A program made the position numbers and the translations under genes. DNA of 61,554 nt, counting the filler, from Gonapodya sp. JEL0774 (lineage: Eukaryota): assembly GCA_027604505.1 (NCBI GenBank). It is 6 parts of 6 records of this genome, joined end to end, with 100 filler letters (N's around TTAATTAATTAA, not from the genome) between each part and the next. Parts side by side here need not be neighbours in the genome. Positions count along the whole stretch, not along the records: positions 10,323 to 20,541 come from JADIIX010000386.1; positions 20,642 to 30,831 come from JADIIX010000387.1; 4 more parts are not named here. One strand, given 5' to 3'. The notes below the pieces were generated by a model. It was not told the DNA's origin, made no database searches, and saw nothing but the letters and a program-made list of their open reading frames with translations. Below are positions 10,323 to 24,560 of the stretch, in pieces; the stretch's first letter is position 1, and every line of letters begins with the position of its first letter.

Positions 10323-13208
10323 CCGGCGAAGTGAGGTTTCACTTGAACGACTGCGCCCTATACAACGCACGTCGAAGAACGTAAGAAACAACAAGTTTGT
10401 GTAAAGAGGTCTAGGAGGTCCAAACCTACCACTGGTTGATTTCGAATAGCCCAGCACATATTGGATTGGGAGATTCGATTAGGATGGTCGTGTATGAACC
10501 CAAAGCAATCAAGAAACCGCACCTTCCTCTCCAAGAATACGGTGTGGGAGTCCAATAACGGCGCATTCCCTGCAAAGCGTGCAAATTTTGTAAGCGAAAA
10601 GCACATTCGACTCAGCTAGTGCCTGCATTGTGGGGACGCTTACATCACGGCTTCGTGGGCGTAGAGGCAGTTCTCAACTTCCACACTGTAAACGACATAT
10701 AGCTCAGTGACGAACTGCAGAAAAAGTGATGTTGAAAGCTCACCAGTAAATGTTCTCGCCACCACGAATGAGCCTTTCAGATATTCAGAAGTTTAGTATT
10801 CAGTGAAGCCATCCTCCAATCTTCACAGCTGTGATCAATGGGCTCACATGTCCTTTGCTCGGTCCACAAGACTGAGGGTGAGAGATTCTTAGTTGCTTGA
10901 ATCTTTGAGCGTGACATCACCAGGAACATTCACTCACTAACAGAAGCCATCTTCATCGTAACGGCCCAAGTCCCCGGTCCTGAGCCAGCCATCGGGAGTG
11001 ACTATATATGCCCAAAACAGTCAATACAAGACTCAATAGGAGCACAGCAAGAAACATGTCGATCTCACTTGTCTTTGCAGTGGCTTCGGGTTTCTTGTCT
11101 AATTGAAAGTCGTCAATAGGTGAATCCTCAAACATGAGCTTTCATATGGGAAATGCTTACAGTATTCCTTCAGCACTTGAGGCCCCCTGACACAAAGCTC
11201 GCCGATCTGACCATTGGGCACTACTTTGGTAGGGTCTTCCGGGTCCCGGAAAGTAACGTCAATCACGGGACTCGGGATACCGATGGACGTGGGCTTGAGA
11301 CGATAGTCCTCGGAAGCGATACCGACCACTATGCAAATTTTGAGGATTTGCGCGTGCTTGAGCAGCCATTTCTGATGATCTTACCTCCAATAAGTGTTTC
11401 CGACATTCCCCATCCATTCTGGGGGACCTTCATGGGACCAAACTTCTTCGCCATCTGCCAAATGAAACGTTTTGAGACAATCTGAAATATGTTGGCACCT
11501 AAACCTCATCCCTCTTGAACTCACCGCTGCTGGGAAAGATGCCGGGGCTGGGGCACCTCCAGAAGCCAGACCCATCAAGCTTGACAGATCGTACTTTTCC
11601 AAGTCTGGGTGCTCCAAAATGTTGATGTGCATGCTCGGTACTAGTTGACAAAACGTATATCATGTTGTGGTGGAGCACGAGACACGAACAAGATCACCAA
11701 AACTCACCCCCCACCATAATGCTGACTTTCTCCTTTTGGATGATCTCAAGAGCATGAGTAGCGTCCCACTTGTGCATGAGAATTACTTTAACACCACCGT
11801 AGCTAAACGGAACACTGGTTGCCGTGTTGGCAGTGACATGGAACAAAGGAGTCGGCAAGAGCACCGCTTGTTGAGGGTCCTTGTTGGTACCAGTGGGGAA
11901 GAACGCTTCCGTGTAGCCCATGCGAAGCAAGCTGATTTGCGTGTTGATCCGACCAGGGACCACACCACCGACTGCTGCGCGGTTGGTGGAAAGAGCGCCT
12001 TTGGGCTTTGGGAGATATGGTTTATACCCAACATGTCAGGACTGTCGTAGTGTTCTTCATCTCACCTTTCCAGTGGTTCCGGACGTCTGTTTAAACCCCA
12101 TAGTATAGTCACAGATTAACTTTACCCCAGGATTATGGAGGCACTATCGTCTACTTACGTAGAACACCACTGCGTCATCCTCAGGGTCCACATGAGCGTC
12201 CGGCAATGGTTTGCCCAGAGCGAGGTATTTCTTCAACAAGTTTTCATACTTGAGAGTGAACGGTTGGTATGTTCCCTTCTCAGGCTGGCACTCGATGATT
12301 TCACGGACACCGCCCTTTTTCAGCCTCGATACGAGGGGTTTGAACGCTGCGGCACGCTAAGGTGATTTCCAAATGGTCAATGATCCCACGACCTGGAGGA
12401 CCGTTGACAGTTCCTGAACTTTCATACCTCGCCATCGACAAAGAGCAAAGTAGAATCGCCGTCGAGAATACAGTACTCCATTTCTTCGGGCTTGAGGAAC
12501 GCATTGATGTTGACAGTGACACCTCCAAGCGCAAGCACGGCGAAGTAAATGATTAAATATTCCTGGTTGAGTGTTGCCAAGTGATGAGTTGTGAGCACGA
12601 TATCAGTTGATTCAACGGAAATCTCACCGGATAGTTCCTCATCGCAATGGCAACGTGAGAGCCTTTTCCGACTTTGAACTCCGTTTTCATGAAATTCGCG
12701 ACTGCCGCGACGATCTTCCCCACTTGACCGTCTGAACATCACGTTGATATCACTTCCAAAATAAAGGCAAAAACAACGGACGTCCCTCACTCACATGTGT
12801 ATCTAGTCTCGATTCCTGCCGCCATATGATAATAAATAAGCCAGTCACGAGCAGCGTATTCTGTAGTGGCGTGGATGAAAAGGTCTCGCACGGTTTTGGG
12901 ACCGTTTTTCCAAACGCGCATAGCATTTCCCCGGATGACCTTAGTGGAATCAAGATCAGTAAGTTCCTTTACAATTGCTTACCACTACAGTAGAGACGGA
13001 TGGCTCACCTTCGTTTCCATCTCTCCATCTGATACATAGTTTGACCGGAGAACCCGCATAAGATGTGAAGCGATGTTGTCAGGATAAAACAAAGCATCAC
13101 ATCGCAGCCAGATGGCTGCGATTAACTTCGCGGTCTTTCGATTCGTCGGTCTCAACACTCACCTTTGCCAGGACCCGTCACAAACGCAGTGGCTTCGATC
13201 CGTGACAT
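10323..13208 (-). CDS. AMP-dependent long-chain acyl-CoA synthetase (class I adenylate-forming), multi-exon, 3' truncated
   Basis: TSGTTG, LLPTPLFHVTA, SGGAPAP, GWGMSET, GELCVRGPQVLKEY, DLGRYDEDGF, IRGGENIY, SVEVENCLYAHEAV and AVIGLPHRILGEE motifs occur in order across exons. Confidence 0.93.
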
Positions 13209-13855
13209 GGGCGGGTTGGGAGGGGGTGGGAGAGCGGCCATAATGTGATTAAGGAAGTGTGGATTGTATAGAGCGGATGGTCAGAGCAGACGGTTTGGAA
13301 GAGTGAATATTCGACGGAAATGTCCGGAACTGACCAGAATTCGGAATCGGCGGTCGGTGCCCTCATTCATGGCCCAAGCGAGGCAACGCAAACTGGACAC
13401 TGCTCAAGTATACATACTAACCGGATATGCTTCTTCGAGAAGGTCAGATGAAGAAGCTGTGATGGCTAAAAAAAATGGGAAGACATTTGGTCTTCATGTT
13501 TCGCACCATCCAAAATGGTGTACGCCTTCTTTTGAATCATCCTTTTTTTAGGTGTGTGTCTTCTCTATGTACCAACTTACTTATTTTAATGTCTCCCTGT
13601 TTTTGAGGTTTCAGCGGACAACACAAGGCGGGGTCTTGCTCGTGGCTCGTGCACCGCCGTGGATGCCAGGTTTTCGAACATCTGGAACACCAACCCGTTC
13701 CTGATATATGCCTGCCACTGGCGCTCGTCGTTGTCTCCTGCCGGTCGACAATAAACTGATTTGCGGAGACATGGGAAACAGCCCTAGTCCGACCCCTCAT
13801 CGTCGGTGACGGACTCCCCATTGATTCATTTGTCGACAGTCCCTTTCCCAACATC

Positions 13856-14795
13856 ATGGACGACATCTTATGAGCACTCTCCGTGCAATACAATCTTTGG
13901 CCCACAGATGGTCGCCTCTCCCTCTTCCGCCGCCTAAGAAAACAGATTCAAAGGAGAGATCCAAAACACCTGGGCGTTGGGACGTCACCCGTGCCGGTTG
14001 ATCGTGACGGACGATTCGGGATGGCGCGAGACGGAGAGTACGAGCAGTTTCTGGATACGGAGAGCGAGGATGTGGAGGGCGCGGTGAAGGATGAGGATGG
14101 AGACGATTTCGATCATACGAGTGGTGAGCCGACGCTTGCCTTTCACCTTGAGTCATACTCTTCTCTATGATCTCACGATTTTCGTTGTTAGGCACCACCG
14201 GTAAGTACCTTTCCATCTCGAACCCCCACTGCCTCGAAACATTCCTAACCCGCGTCATTCCCTTTCCGCGCCAGATCAAAAGGCGTCCAGTACACCTACT
14301 GCTGCCGCTACCTCACGGCGCTGAGCGTTGTCATCGGAATACGTTTGAACCTTGACTACAAATTCATGTTCGTCATGACCATGTTAGTGAGGGTTTGGTA
14401 TCGTGGATTGAACCGGCCTCTTCCGTTCGAAATTGGAAATTCACGCCCCCATTCCCCACCACCACCAGCCACTGCAACGGCTGGACGTTCCCGTGGGCTC
14501 CGGCGTCCGTTTCGGGACCCTCTACCCCGTGCGCAAGATTCACTACGACCACATGCGATAGGCGATGTCCAAGGAGAAAGTGACTCATTGCGTGGGCTGC
14601 CTACCGTGCGTTTTCATTCCATTCCTCCGTCCGGCGTCGTTGTTGGCGAGTGTACTTTCGAAACAACTACCAAACTCATGTTGCTCCCGCTCCTGCGCGT
14701 ACAAACAGGTCCAAGCCTTCCTGATAAACAACCCCAACGCCCAACCGATAACGCACGGCGTGACGGCGCTCGCGGTCGGGTCTGCTCGACGCCGT
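13856..14795 (+). pseudogene. degraded acyl-activating enzyme (AAE/medium-chain acyl-CoA synthetase) fragment
   Basis: Remnant motifs EYEQFL, GTT|..SKGVQYT, YLTALS, HCNGWTFPWA, KVTH and AFLINNPNAQP in shifting frames with stops. No intact ORF. Confidence 0.7.
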
Positions 14796-15050
14796 GTCTG
14801 CTTGGGAGGAGAAGGGAGGAGGGGATGTGTCCCATTATTCATGCGTATGTCATGACGGAGACGACGGGGTAAATGCTGCTTTTCACGCGCCTACGTCTCA
14901 CATTTCCTTATGTATTCTATCGTGACCAGACGGGCCGGACTTCACAGCGTACTTTGTGGATACTGAAATCGCATTATATTACTGCTCAAAGTCCAATTAC
15001 AATGACGATCATTCCAAAAGCTTAATCGAGTCGATACTGCAAGCTTCGAA

Positions 15051-17765
15051 TCATCCGCATTGTTGAATGAAGTCGGGCGCACTGGTATACCACAACGATT
15101 ACGAATCTACTGTGTCTTCAAGCGCGGTGGCTACACAAGACACTCACCAGATAGTGTCCTTCCAGTAGTCATACGCCTTTTGAACCGTGGGCAGGATGCC
15201 ATAGCTGGTGACTTTGCCGTTAACCACTTTCATGCCGTATGCGCTGCACATTCCACGGCACAAGATGTTGTCATCGTCTGTGTAATCATCACAGTCATAT
15301 TGCGTCCATGTACTCTTTATCTGGTCGTCGGTAAGAAGTCCCCAGGTGATTCCAGACAGAGGGTAGATCATGCCGTACTTTGCCTGTTTGACGAGACAAA
15401 GAAGAGGCAACAAATGGAGATTTAATCTCACAAAGAAACAAAGTTCGAGTGAAAGTCATTCCCACCTGGATTGAAATGCACCAATCTTTCTTGTTTACCT
15501 TCGTTGTTGTCAACACAGGCGTCGAGGTTGGCCTTGACGTCACCGTTGACGTCCTTGGCTGCAATATCGTTGTGGTTCTGGTGGCCGAAGCCATAGTATG
15601 AGTGAAAGTTCTAAATTTAGAGAAAGTTTGCTCGAACTCACTGCGAGATTGTGGTGGAACGTTTTGTATCTAGCCCAGTACTGGTGGTCGCTGTCGCAGT
15701 CGACGTTACTGTCCGTGATGTGGATGTCAACGGCGGCAATGATGATGATGAGCTTGGAGACAGAGATTTACTGGAAGTGAAAGTCGTGACGACCAGTCCC
15801 GTGGTGGTATCCTTGGACGTCGTCACCACGGGCGGCGACGATGTTGACGATGATTGTGCTGGCGGTAGTACAGCTGTGGTTGTGGTCAAACCAGGCTGTG
15901 CAGTTGATGTGACAGCAACCGACGTTGTTGAAGTGAGCTGTGCAGAATTAGTTGTTGTGACCGCTAAAGATGTCGTAATCGCCAGAGTGGTCGCGGTCCC
16001 TCCTGTCGTTGTTGTGCTCGGTCTTGATTGTTCATGCGTTCATCCCGGGGATACACAAAAGGCTCACTTTCAGTTGCCTATCGTGAAAGAAAAAGGAAAC
16101 TGAAACAAAGCCATACCTTAATTTTGCGTAGACAAAATTAAACTGGTCATATAATACTCGCCTACAAAGTACAGGGGCAACTATAAATCAGACGACGTGT
16201 ACATAACGCACTAGGCTTGTGATGTTACGTACGTGCTATCACCGAGACTTGATCTGATTGCACAGGTATTATCGTTGTAATTGATGACAAATTCGTCGCA
16301 TAAATCTGCTGCTAAATCACAGGCGTTTTTGCATTCAAGAATATTGACCGAGAAAAACCATCCAGTAAACGAATAAGAAGCCAGTGCGGAATTCGCAAGG
16401 TATGCATAACCTGGGATCGGGGATGACGGATCCAATTTGGGATACTGAATGTTGGATCGGAAACTGGGTTCGAAAAGTGTTGGAGAGGGGATCAGTCAGG
16501 TTTTCCAAAGCAGGCGGGCAATCCAAGAGCGATTTCTTACTCGCAGCGGAGAAACGAGGCAGCGCTAGGGTTGAGAGTCTGTCCATCACTTGTGTAAGTA
16601 TTCCACGTACAAGTTTTCTTAAGGTTGAATAAAATTGTCTCCGTCCATGCAACACAATCCGCGCGACTGTAACAGATTGAGGAACAATTTGCGGCAAGTG
16701 GAACTAGACTGGACCCGATTGGGTCTGGCTGCGCAACGTAGCTGACGTCGTAAAGCTGGATAGGGGCTGGCACCTCATAGGAACATCCGATTGGGCTATG
16801 AATGCGACAAAAATATGTGGTTCCAGTCGTATTGGCAAAATGACAGTAGTACGTACAGTCTGCGTGTGTAGGTGTGATATCCAACTGCACCCAAACTTGA
16901 GCAAAAAGTCAGGAGGTTCTTCCGGATTTCGTCTGTCAACATCAGCATAACACTTACAATGGGTTTGGCTTATAGCCAAGAATCGGTGTGTTTGAATACA
17001 GAAAGCAAAGGTTGTCTTGCACGGAGTAGAAGAAAGTCTCGCATTGGATATCGTTGCAAAGTCCGTAGCAATCACCGATATCTCCAGGCACTTGAGGTGC
17101 CAATACTGCTTTATATGTTGCGACCACAGAAATACTAATCGCAGTATCTCTGTGGAGGTAAAACCCCGGAATCGGGTTGAATAATGCAAGAGTCGGGTAG
17201 GGGTTCACCACAGTGAAGCTACGCAAGTTTGGGTCGATAATCAAAAATCAAAACGTAATTGATGCACCGACGATTTGATAACATACTCGCAGCGAGCAAA
17301 TGAGTCATATGCGGGTGAGTTGCTGGCTTCTGCACTTACGCTTGTGTACCAGTTGCATTGCGTGCCATCCCTTGCCAGATCATAGCCAGCACAGTCGCTC
17401 CGTGCTTGACAGAAGGTCCGGCAGATAGTCGTAAAGAAAGATGGCGGTGGTGAACTGTATGCCTGCAGTCCTCCGAAAGTAGGATTCCGGGCCGTAAAAG
17501 TTGTCAGCAAATTCGGAATGAAAGGGAGTATACATCTTCCGTGATTGAATGAGACAAGGAAGAATTCCAAATCTAGACACGATGAAGCACATACGAAGGT
17601 GTCACTTGAGCAGATCTAGAGCCATTTGGGAGAGGTCAAGAGGCTTGAAATGTCGGACGAGGCCGCAAACGCAGAAAACGACAACACGAACACATTCAGA
17701 ACGAGGAGGGTCAGGCAGTACAGATACGCTGTCACTGACAGGGCGATGATCGGTAGCTTCCCCAT
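15051..17765 (-). CDS. secreted protein: signal peptide, ~4 PAN/apple-like modules, Thr/Ser-rich linker, C-terminal Cys/Trp repeats
   Basis: Hydrophobic N-terminus MGKLPIIALSVTAYLYCLTLLVL. Modules CRTFCQARSDCAGY..CNWY, DCYGLCNDIQCETFFY..CFLY, CSSICYSRADCVAW..CTW, ECKNACDLAADLCDEFVI..CAIR. Thr-rich stretch 15500-16030. Splice model and 3' end are approximate. Confidence 0.75.
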
Positions 17766-18655
17766 AGAGGCGTTGTTGGAGTTCACACCGCAGCAGTTGG
17801 TGAACGGCAGTTTGAGCTACATTTGTACCTGAGTTATGATCTGGCTTCGTATAGGGGGCCTTAGTCTTGCACAGCCTGCAGAGGTTTTCGCCGTCTCGAC
17901 TGAACACAGCCACGACTTGGAACACCGATCGACTGTTGGTGTCACTGCAGCAGGCAAGTCGCGATGGGGAGCGTCCTGGTGTACCGATGTACCAGTATAT
18001 CGACACACGTTCGCGTCCCTCACTTTCTCCCCTTTCCTCCTCTTTTGCGTCCCTAAAACCCCTAAATCCCTTGCGTCATATTGGGCAACTGTACTGCATC
18101 CCTTTCGTCGCTCACACTCAGAGATTTTCAGTTAAACCAGTGTCAGTCCTGCTCGAGGCTCGTGTAGTTGTGTGAGCCTTCAAACACCTGCAACAGAAAC
18201 CCATTCTTGGTTAAATACAAGCCGCTGGCGCTCGTCGCTCACACATACGCACAGAAGAAAGTCGATTTCCATCGTCGTGTAGGAGCAAAACGTAGAACAG
18301 TGGAAGTTGAAGGGCAGCTGCATATTATCGTACACTTTGCAGGTCAGTTTCAGTTGCGCGATCTATGTTGACCGGGAGAAATGATAAATATTCATGACGA
18401 GCAGGTATTTGGCATTCAGGCTGCAGTACATCATACAATAGTACTACTTCGAAAATCCCCAGCCGTCCCAAGGTGAGGTGCGGAAATTTCATTAAAGTGC
18501 AACCGCACGGTTTTGTCCGTTGAGGGAGGTCGAAGCAGGACCGACTATTGGAGGACGTATTTGGGGTCCTTATGCGTTCAGTTTTTCGTTTTCGTGGATT
18601 CTGACGTGGGGGACTGTTGAGGTGCATGTTGTCCCTCGGTTGTCAAAACCTTTTT

Positions 18656-20541
18656 ATGCCTCCCAACCCAACAAAATCGAGCGGAGAAACTGAAACAAAC
18701 ACAATACACTCCCAGAAGAACATCATCACACCACCAGACTCGTCTACAAAGAAAATGGCTGGGCGGATCGACTTCCAGCACCCGAAGCTGGTGTCAGACA
18801 TCATCCAAACTTCTCTCACCCTGGAGCCTCACATTTCCACCACCGTCAACCCAGAGCTGCCCGCCAGCGTCTCCAGTGAGCGCATCGGTTTCTTGAAGTT
18901 CATCAACTTGCACTGGTATTCCCTCTGTATCTCGCTGGGAAGCGCTATTGGTGAGTTTGTTTCTCTGTGTCCTAAAATCATCCACACGTCAGCGCTCACC
19001 CATTCTGCTCTGCACTGAATACTTCCCGTACCAAGGTGGACTACTCTTTGGTTACGGTAAGTTCAGCTGTCTTATCCCTTCCTCGAAGGACATCTTGACA
19101 TGACTGCATGATTGCTACCACCGGCCGCTACAGAAATTGGCATCATCAACCAAGTTCTTCTCATGGACTCGTTTCGAATATACTTTGGTCTTTCATATCT
19201 CCCAACTGCGTCTACGGCAGACGGTGGTCGGACGTCAGCAGGTCTTCTGCGTCCAACCCCGGACGCTCCGGACCTAGAAGGGAACATTGTATCACTACTC
19301 CTCGCAGGAGCCGTACTTGGATCATTCTTCGTGTGGATATTTAGTGACTACTCTGGCCGAAGGACGAGTTTGCTCATTGGAACAATAGGTGCGCGCTCAA
19401 TTTGTCGTCAATGCATCCTGCAATGTCTCTGTTCTCATGGCGGAATGCCTGTTGTTCCAGGTCATATTGTTGGCTCCTGCATACAAGTGGCAAGTCAACA
19501 TTTGTGGATGCTATACCTTGGACGTTTTGTGGCAGGATTCGGGGTCGGGGTAATATCAGGAGTTGGTGAGTGGAAGCACAGGAGCGCACCACTTCGCCCC
19601 GAGTTCTCATGGAGTGCTCGTCGATCATCCATGACCGCAATCATGTAATTTTTAGTCCCCGTCTACATTGCGGTAAGTTTGCATGCTTTTTTCACGTTAT
19701 ATTGTCTAGTACTGAGTTGTGAACCGTTCTTCACCACTTGTGAACAGGAATGGTGCGTGAGCACTCTTTAACTCGCTTTTGCGCATTTGCGTCATCTTTT
19801 CTTATAATGCGACATTGATCGTTCATTCATCCTCATGCTTAGCGCTCCGGTAAGGTCTTTAGAGGGTCTTCTCAGGTTCGTGCTTCTTTGTGCTGATTGC
19901 ATATTCTGATTTTGCAGGCAAGTATTCGCGGGCGCATGATGGGTCTGGATCAGTTGATGATAACTATTGGTATCTTGCTGAGTAATGGTGATTTGCAAGA
20001 GTGTGAACGCAAATTACGGTTGTGGATTCTTACATGGAACCCCGATGTCCTTTAGTCGTCAACGCCATACTCATTGCAGCATTCGCCGGGGAGGACAATC
20101 ACCTCATCACAGACGATACAATGTGGCGAACCGCTTTAGGAGTTCAGGTACTGTGACTGTGTTCGTCGGTGGCTAACTTCACTTCACTCGTTTATCTAGG
20201 AGGTTTCTAAACAACTTTGGAACGCGCATTCCCCTCCTTCAGCTTGTCCCGGCAATCTTTCTTCTCATCTTTCTTGTCCTTCATCTTCTACCTGAATCGC
20301 CACGGTATCTCATCATGCGCGGGTACTACACCAAAGCTCTTTTGGTACTCAGCAAAGTCCTCAACATGCCTCCGGAGAGTCCCGAGATGCATGAAGGTGA
20401 ATTGTTAATTGTACCGTGCACGCGTACCGCAGTTATCGCATCTAACATTTCTCTACACGGGGAATTGGTGTCACAAGTCTACGACCGCTTGCTCGAACAT
20501 ATAAATGCCGAAGTCCGTGGCACTGGCGGGCAGCATCACGG
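18656..20541 (+). CDS. MFS sugar porter family transporter, 3' truncated
   Basis: IVSLLLAGAVLGS, FSDYSGRRTSLLIG, LYLGRFVAGFGVG, PVYIA, RGRMMGLDQLMITIG, WNAHSPPSACPGNLSSH region encoding QLVPAIFFLIFLVLHLLPESPRYL in the coding frame. Confidence 0.93.
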
Positions 20542-20656
20542 NNNNNNNNNNNNNNNNNNNNNNNNNNNNNNNNNNNNNNNNNNNNTTAATTAATTAANNN
20601 NNNNNNNNNNNNNNNNNNNNNNNNNNNNNNNNNNNNNNNNNTAGGGATTGATATAG

Positions 20657-22188
20657 TCATTTGTCTGCAGAAAAACGAGAGTGTTGACGGTTCAGCTCAA
20701 TGTGAAGTTCAAATTTCCCGTGTTGAGACCACCGTACCTCGCGACCGCCAACAACTTGCCAGTCTCGTCCCAAATCTCCACATCGAACTCCCTTCGCCCG
20801 TTTGTGGTGAACTTGTTGCGCGAGTTGATGAGGATCCACTCGACGCTCGGATCGGGTATGGCACGAATTTGGAGGTGATAGTCCATGGTCTGACGGGGCA
20901 CAAAAACGAACATGGTCAGAAATCACAATTTAGTGTGGCGTGCTCTAGATGTGGTATCGAACGTACCGGCATCCAGATACGACCCTCCTTTGGACGATCC
21001 TCAAACATGATGGGGTTTCCGTACAGGTCGCTCATGAATCCGAGTGAGGGCGTATCCTGGATGTCTCCGGTATTCCACTAAGCCATAATATTCAGTACGT
21101 CAGATCCTGAGCGGACACCACCGAGGACTGGAACGCAGATGACACTCACGCGAACCCATTTTGCCCAATTCGCGCCTCGTTCCGCGGTTTTCAAATCCTC
21201 CTTGACGTGGGGCTGATCCAATGTATCCATGAAGTGGTTGAAAGACAAACCCGTGCGCGGCGAAACGTATCCGGCAGGAACTTTAGCCCTCGGTACGCAA
21301 TCGGAGCGCTTGGGGAATCCTAGGCCGACGGGTTCCTCCGACACATCGGCGGTAGACATGGAGAGTGTGGTGTTAAAGGGTAACGCTGGTGGGTCGAACG
21401 GTGAAGTGATGGGTGTTCGGTTGTCGTTGGCCAGTATGGTTGTCGTTCCCCGTTCGCTGGCCAAGTCGGACATGGTGACGTTGGCGGTGACGAGGGTGGC
21501 ATATGAGGGCCCAGGGGTGCCAGCCTTGGGTGGGAGCTCTTGTCTGATAACAACGTCAAACACAGCGAACCGTCCGCCAATGCGGCGCGGGGTGAGAATG
21601 GCCAGGAAAGGCGCTGGACGTCCTCCTTCGAGGAAAACGGCAGAGCACGAGACCGGCTCTGTGGCGAGACGAGAACGAAGTGCGTGAGGTTTAGATACTC
21701 AATTCATTCTGAATACTCGCTCGTAGAACTCACCTGGGAACCGTTTATCGATCCCCAATCTCCGGACCTCCCTTCTGGTAGATTCCAGGATGATGCTTAC
21801 AATGTATCCACTAGCAGAGCACCACACAATCAGCCATCGCAGCATTTCACAACCCGCTGCTTCCTTACCAACTCACCCAAACGGCGACACCCCGGTCAAA
21901 AACTGATCATCAATCTCACCCGTCCATAATGCGGACTCCAGCGACCCACCCAACTCCGGCTCGAATTCTCTGGTCGCAGTTCGCAGAAACTTGAGGTCAA
22001 GAGCAGCATCTGTATGGCCGATCAAGCGCAAGTCGGAGGGGTGAGCTCCTCGGAACTCGGAAACAGAACTTCAGGATGATCCGAGGTTTGAATCGCTCAC
22101 GGAATTGACCGCCCTTTGACGGCTTAGGGAAGTGCGACGGCCTCCGCTTGATGTTCACTCCACTCGTCGTCGAGCTTGCTGGTTCCAT
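20657..22188 (-). CDS. thioesterase-like (double hot-dog) family protein, multi-exon
   Basis: GYIVSIIL, PVSCSAVFL, LGFMSDL, WMP|TMDYHLQIRA, NGRREFDVEIWDETGKLLAVAR|Q. 5' exons are uncertain. Confidence 0.8.
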
Positions 22189-22849
22189 TGCGGCTTCGTG
22201 GTTATCAAAGTTTCAACGCTTTACTGATCGGGCACACCTGAATGCGCTGCTTCCGACAGGGTTTACCCCGGCAAAACCACGAGAAGGCGACAAGCGCCAG
22301 TTCGAATTTATTTCGCGAGGTCTCAAAGACATTGTCTCCTGTAACTCTAAAATCCCATTTCTTGTACTTCGGTGTATGTCCGGATCTAAAGTTGATCTAC
22401 CAGTCATTGAGGGCGGTGAGGAGACAAGCATTATCTTCCGCTAGCGTTGTGTCGTCTACGTGTAATAGAGTGGTAACGTTGGGGCATTCAAGGATGACGT
22501 CACAAAACGACCGCGTGGAAAGCGCAGACATAAAGTACATCGAATCCCTTCCTCGTTCCTCCTTGTGGATGTAATGTATATTTTAAACACTTTGCTGAGG
22601 TTCTTCCACCTCTCACTGACAGTGATTCGGAAGATCGAGGTGGCGTTTGTTTCGATATCAAAGTTTCGCGGCAGACTTAATTACAGAATTGAAGTGTTGG
22701 GGTCGATTGGCCACCTGCCAAAAAACCACGTCAGATGATGTCTCGCGATACTGCCTTGATAACCACCTCCACTCCTCACACATGCCAGTCTTCGCCGCCT
22801 TAGTGCTACTCGCCCTCGCCGCCTAACACAATCATCACCAACGCGTCTA

Positions 22850-24560
22850 CAGCACCCTCGTGCTCCACCATCCCCCTCGGTATCAACATCTCCGTGACAT
22901 ACATATTTCCCGCCATGATGGTCGCAGTTAGTGCAATCAATGGTCGTGGGGCTCACACCGGTACCAGCAATCACCGCCTGAGGTCTGGCAACTCTTCTCT
23001 GCAGATTTTTCATTATATTGCTTCCTCTAGATCATCAGAGATCAATGGGGGTCACGCGACACTCCTTGTGATCTTGCCCGAAAGTAATTTGAACCCGGCA
23101 CCACCACATCCGAGATTGACAAGGTAGAGCAAACAGTCTCTGCCCATATGCTTCCCCCACGACGAGAATCACTCATGGTGACCAACCGCCATCCCGCTCA
23201 ACTCACGGCAAGGTGAGCTGCGCGTGTGCCCGATCACCATAATCAGTACTTCACTGCGACATTTCACTCATCTGATTCACGGCCTCATGGCATCCACCTC
23301 TCCCTCTTCTTGCTCCACCTCCTCGCCCCTTGGTACCACCGGAAATCCTCCTCCCGTTCTGGCGTCCCCACACCGCTTCTCCTCCTCTCCACTCACTGCT
23401 TATGGGATGTGTGGGAGTTGGTGGGTTGGCAGTGGTCATACCGCTGATACAGATATTGGTGACGGAGAATCGGGGTACAGGTGGTGGGGGGAGGGAGGAG
23501 AAGGACCGTGGATGAGGGAAACCGAGTTTGCGGTGGACGTGGCGGCCACAAACGCGGTCCTACCACCGGAGGCGGAACGTGGAGTAGGGTGAGTGGTGCG
23601 TTGGTGTTGAGTGTGTTTGTATCGCTCAAGGCGGTCTGCTCACTATCGGACGACAAAACTTTTGACCAATCGTTCCATTGCGCCAAAATGCTTTGGCCGT
23701 TGGCGCACTCGCCATGAAAGGTTGACCCGCCATGTAAGTTTCTCTCCCCACTCTTGAGCTGGATCCTATGCTCACACCCAGTCTGGATACGTCGTGCATG
23801 GAGTCCACTCCTTGTTGCGTAGCACATCAGCAAAATCTCACGAATACCTCTTCTCTTCAGTCACACTGGCCCGCACCACCGCTTTATTGCCTCTTTATAT
23901 ATGCTCCCTCCCGCTATTCACCCCCCATCTGCATTCGCACGTCCAATCTGAATCCTACAACACCAAAGGCCTAACGTCCACCGTCCTCCCCATTGGGTCC
24001 CACTTCGCCTCCCATCCCTGCGCCTGGCCAACATCCGGAGTGTTTAACGCCATCGCAATGGACGTGCTTTTCTCCTCACTACAACATCTGCAACGAAAGG
24101 GTGTCTTGCCTACACAACAAGCAAGTGGTACTGGGTGGTGGTGCCGGATGAGGCGTTGCATGTAAGGGCGAGTAGGATTGTGAGTAGTTTTCCAATCCAT
24201 GTGGCGACTACAGCGCTCACATGGTGGGGTTTAGTGGTTGGGCCTGCCGAGCATTGTGGCAATGAGTAGCAGGAGGGGGTACATGTGGTGTTGGGTTCTT
24301 GTTCAACACCAACTTCAATCCTTGATACTTTGCTAAACTCAAGGCCCATACACCCCTGCCCACATACAGTAAACTACATGTGTGCCCATGAGAAGCTACA
24401 TCTACCGCACGCAACAATCAACACCTCCGTAGCTAAGTCGCTACCTCCTCGCTCTCTTCCTGGTGCTTCGTAGGCCGACTCGGCAAAGACCCTGCCTGGG
24501 AGGTTGAATCCATCATACGCTGCAATTCTTCCACACCTCGATCTTTCCTTTCTCGAAGCT
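22850..24560 (+). mobile_element. possible highly degenerate LTR-retrotransposon remnant
   Basis: Only weak gag-like (ATTALTWW...DTLLNSRP...TVNYM) and protease-like (INGGHATLLV) fragments, broken by stops. No LTRs seen. Confidence 0.25.
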
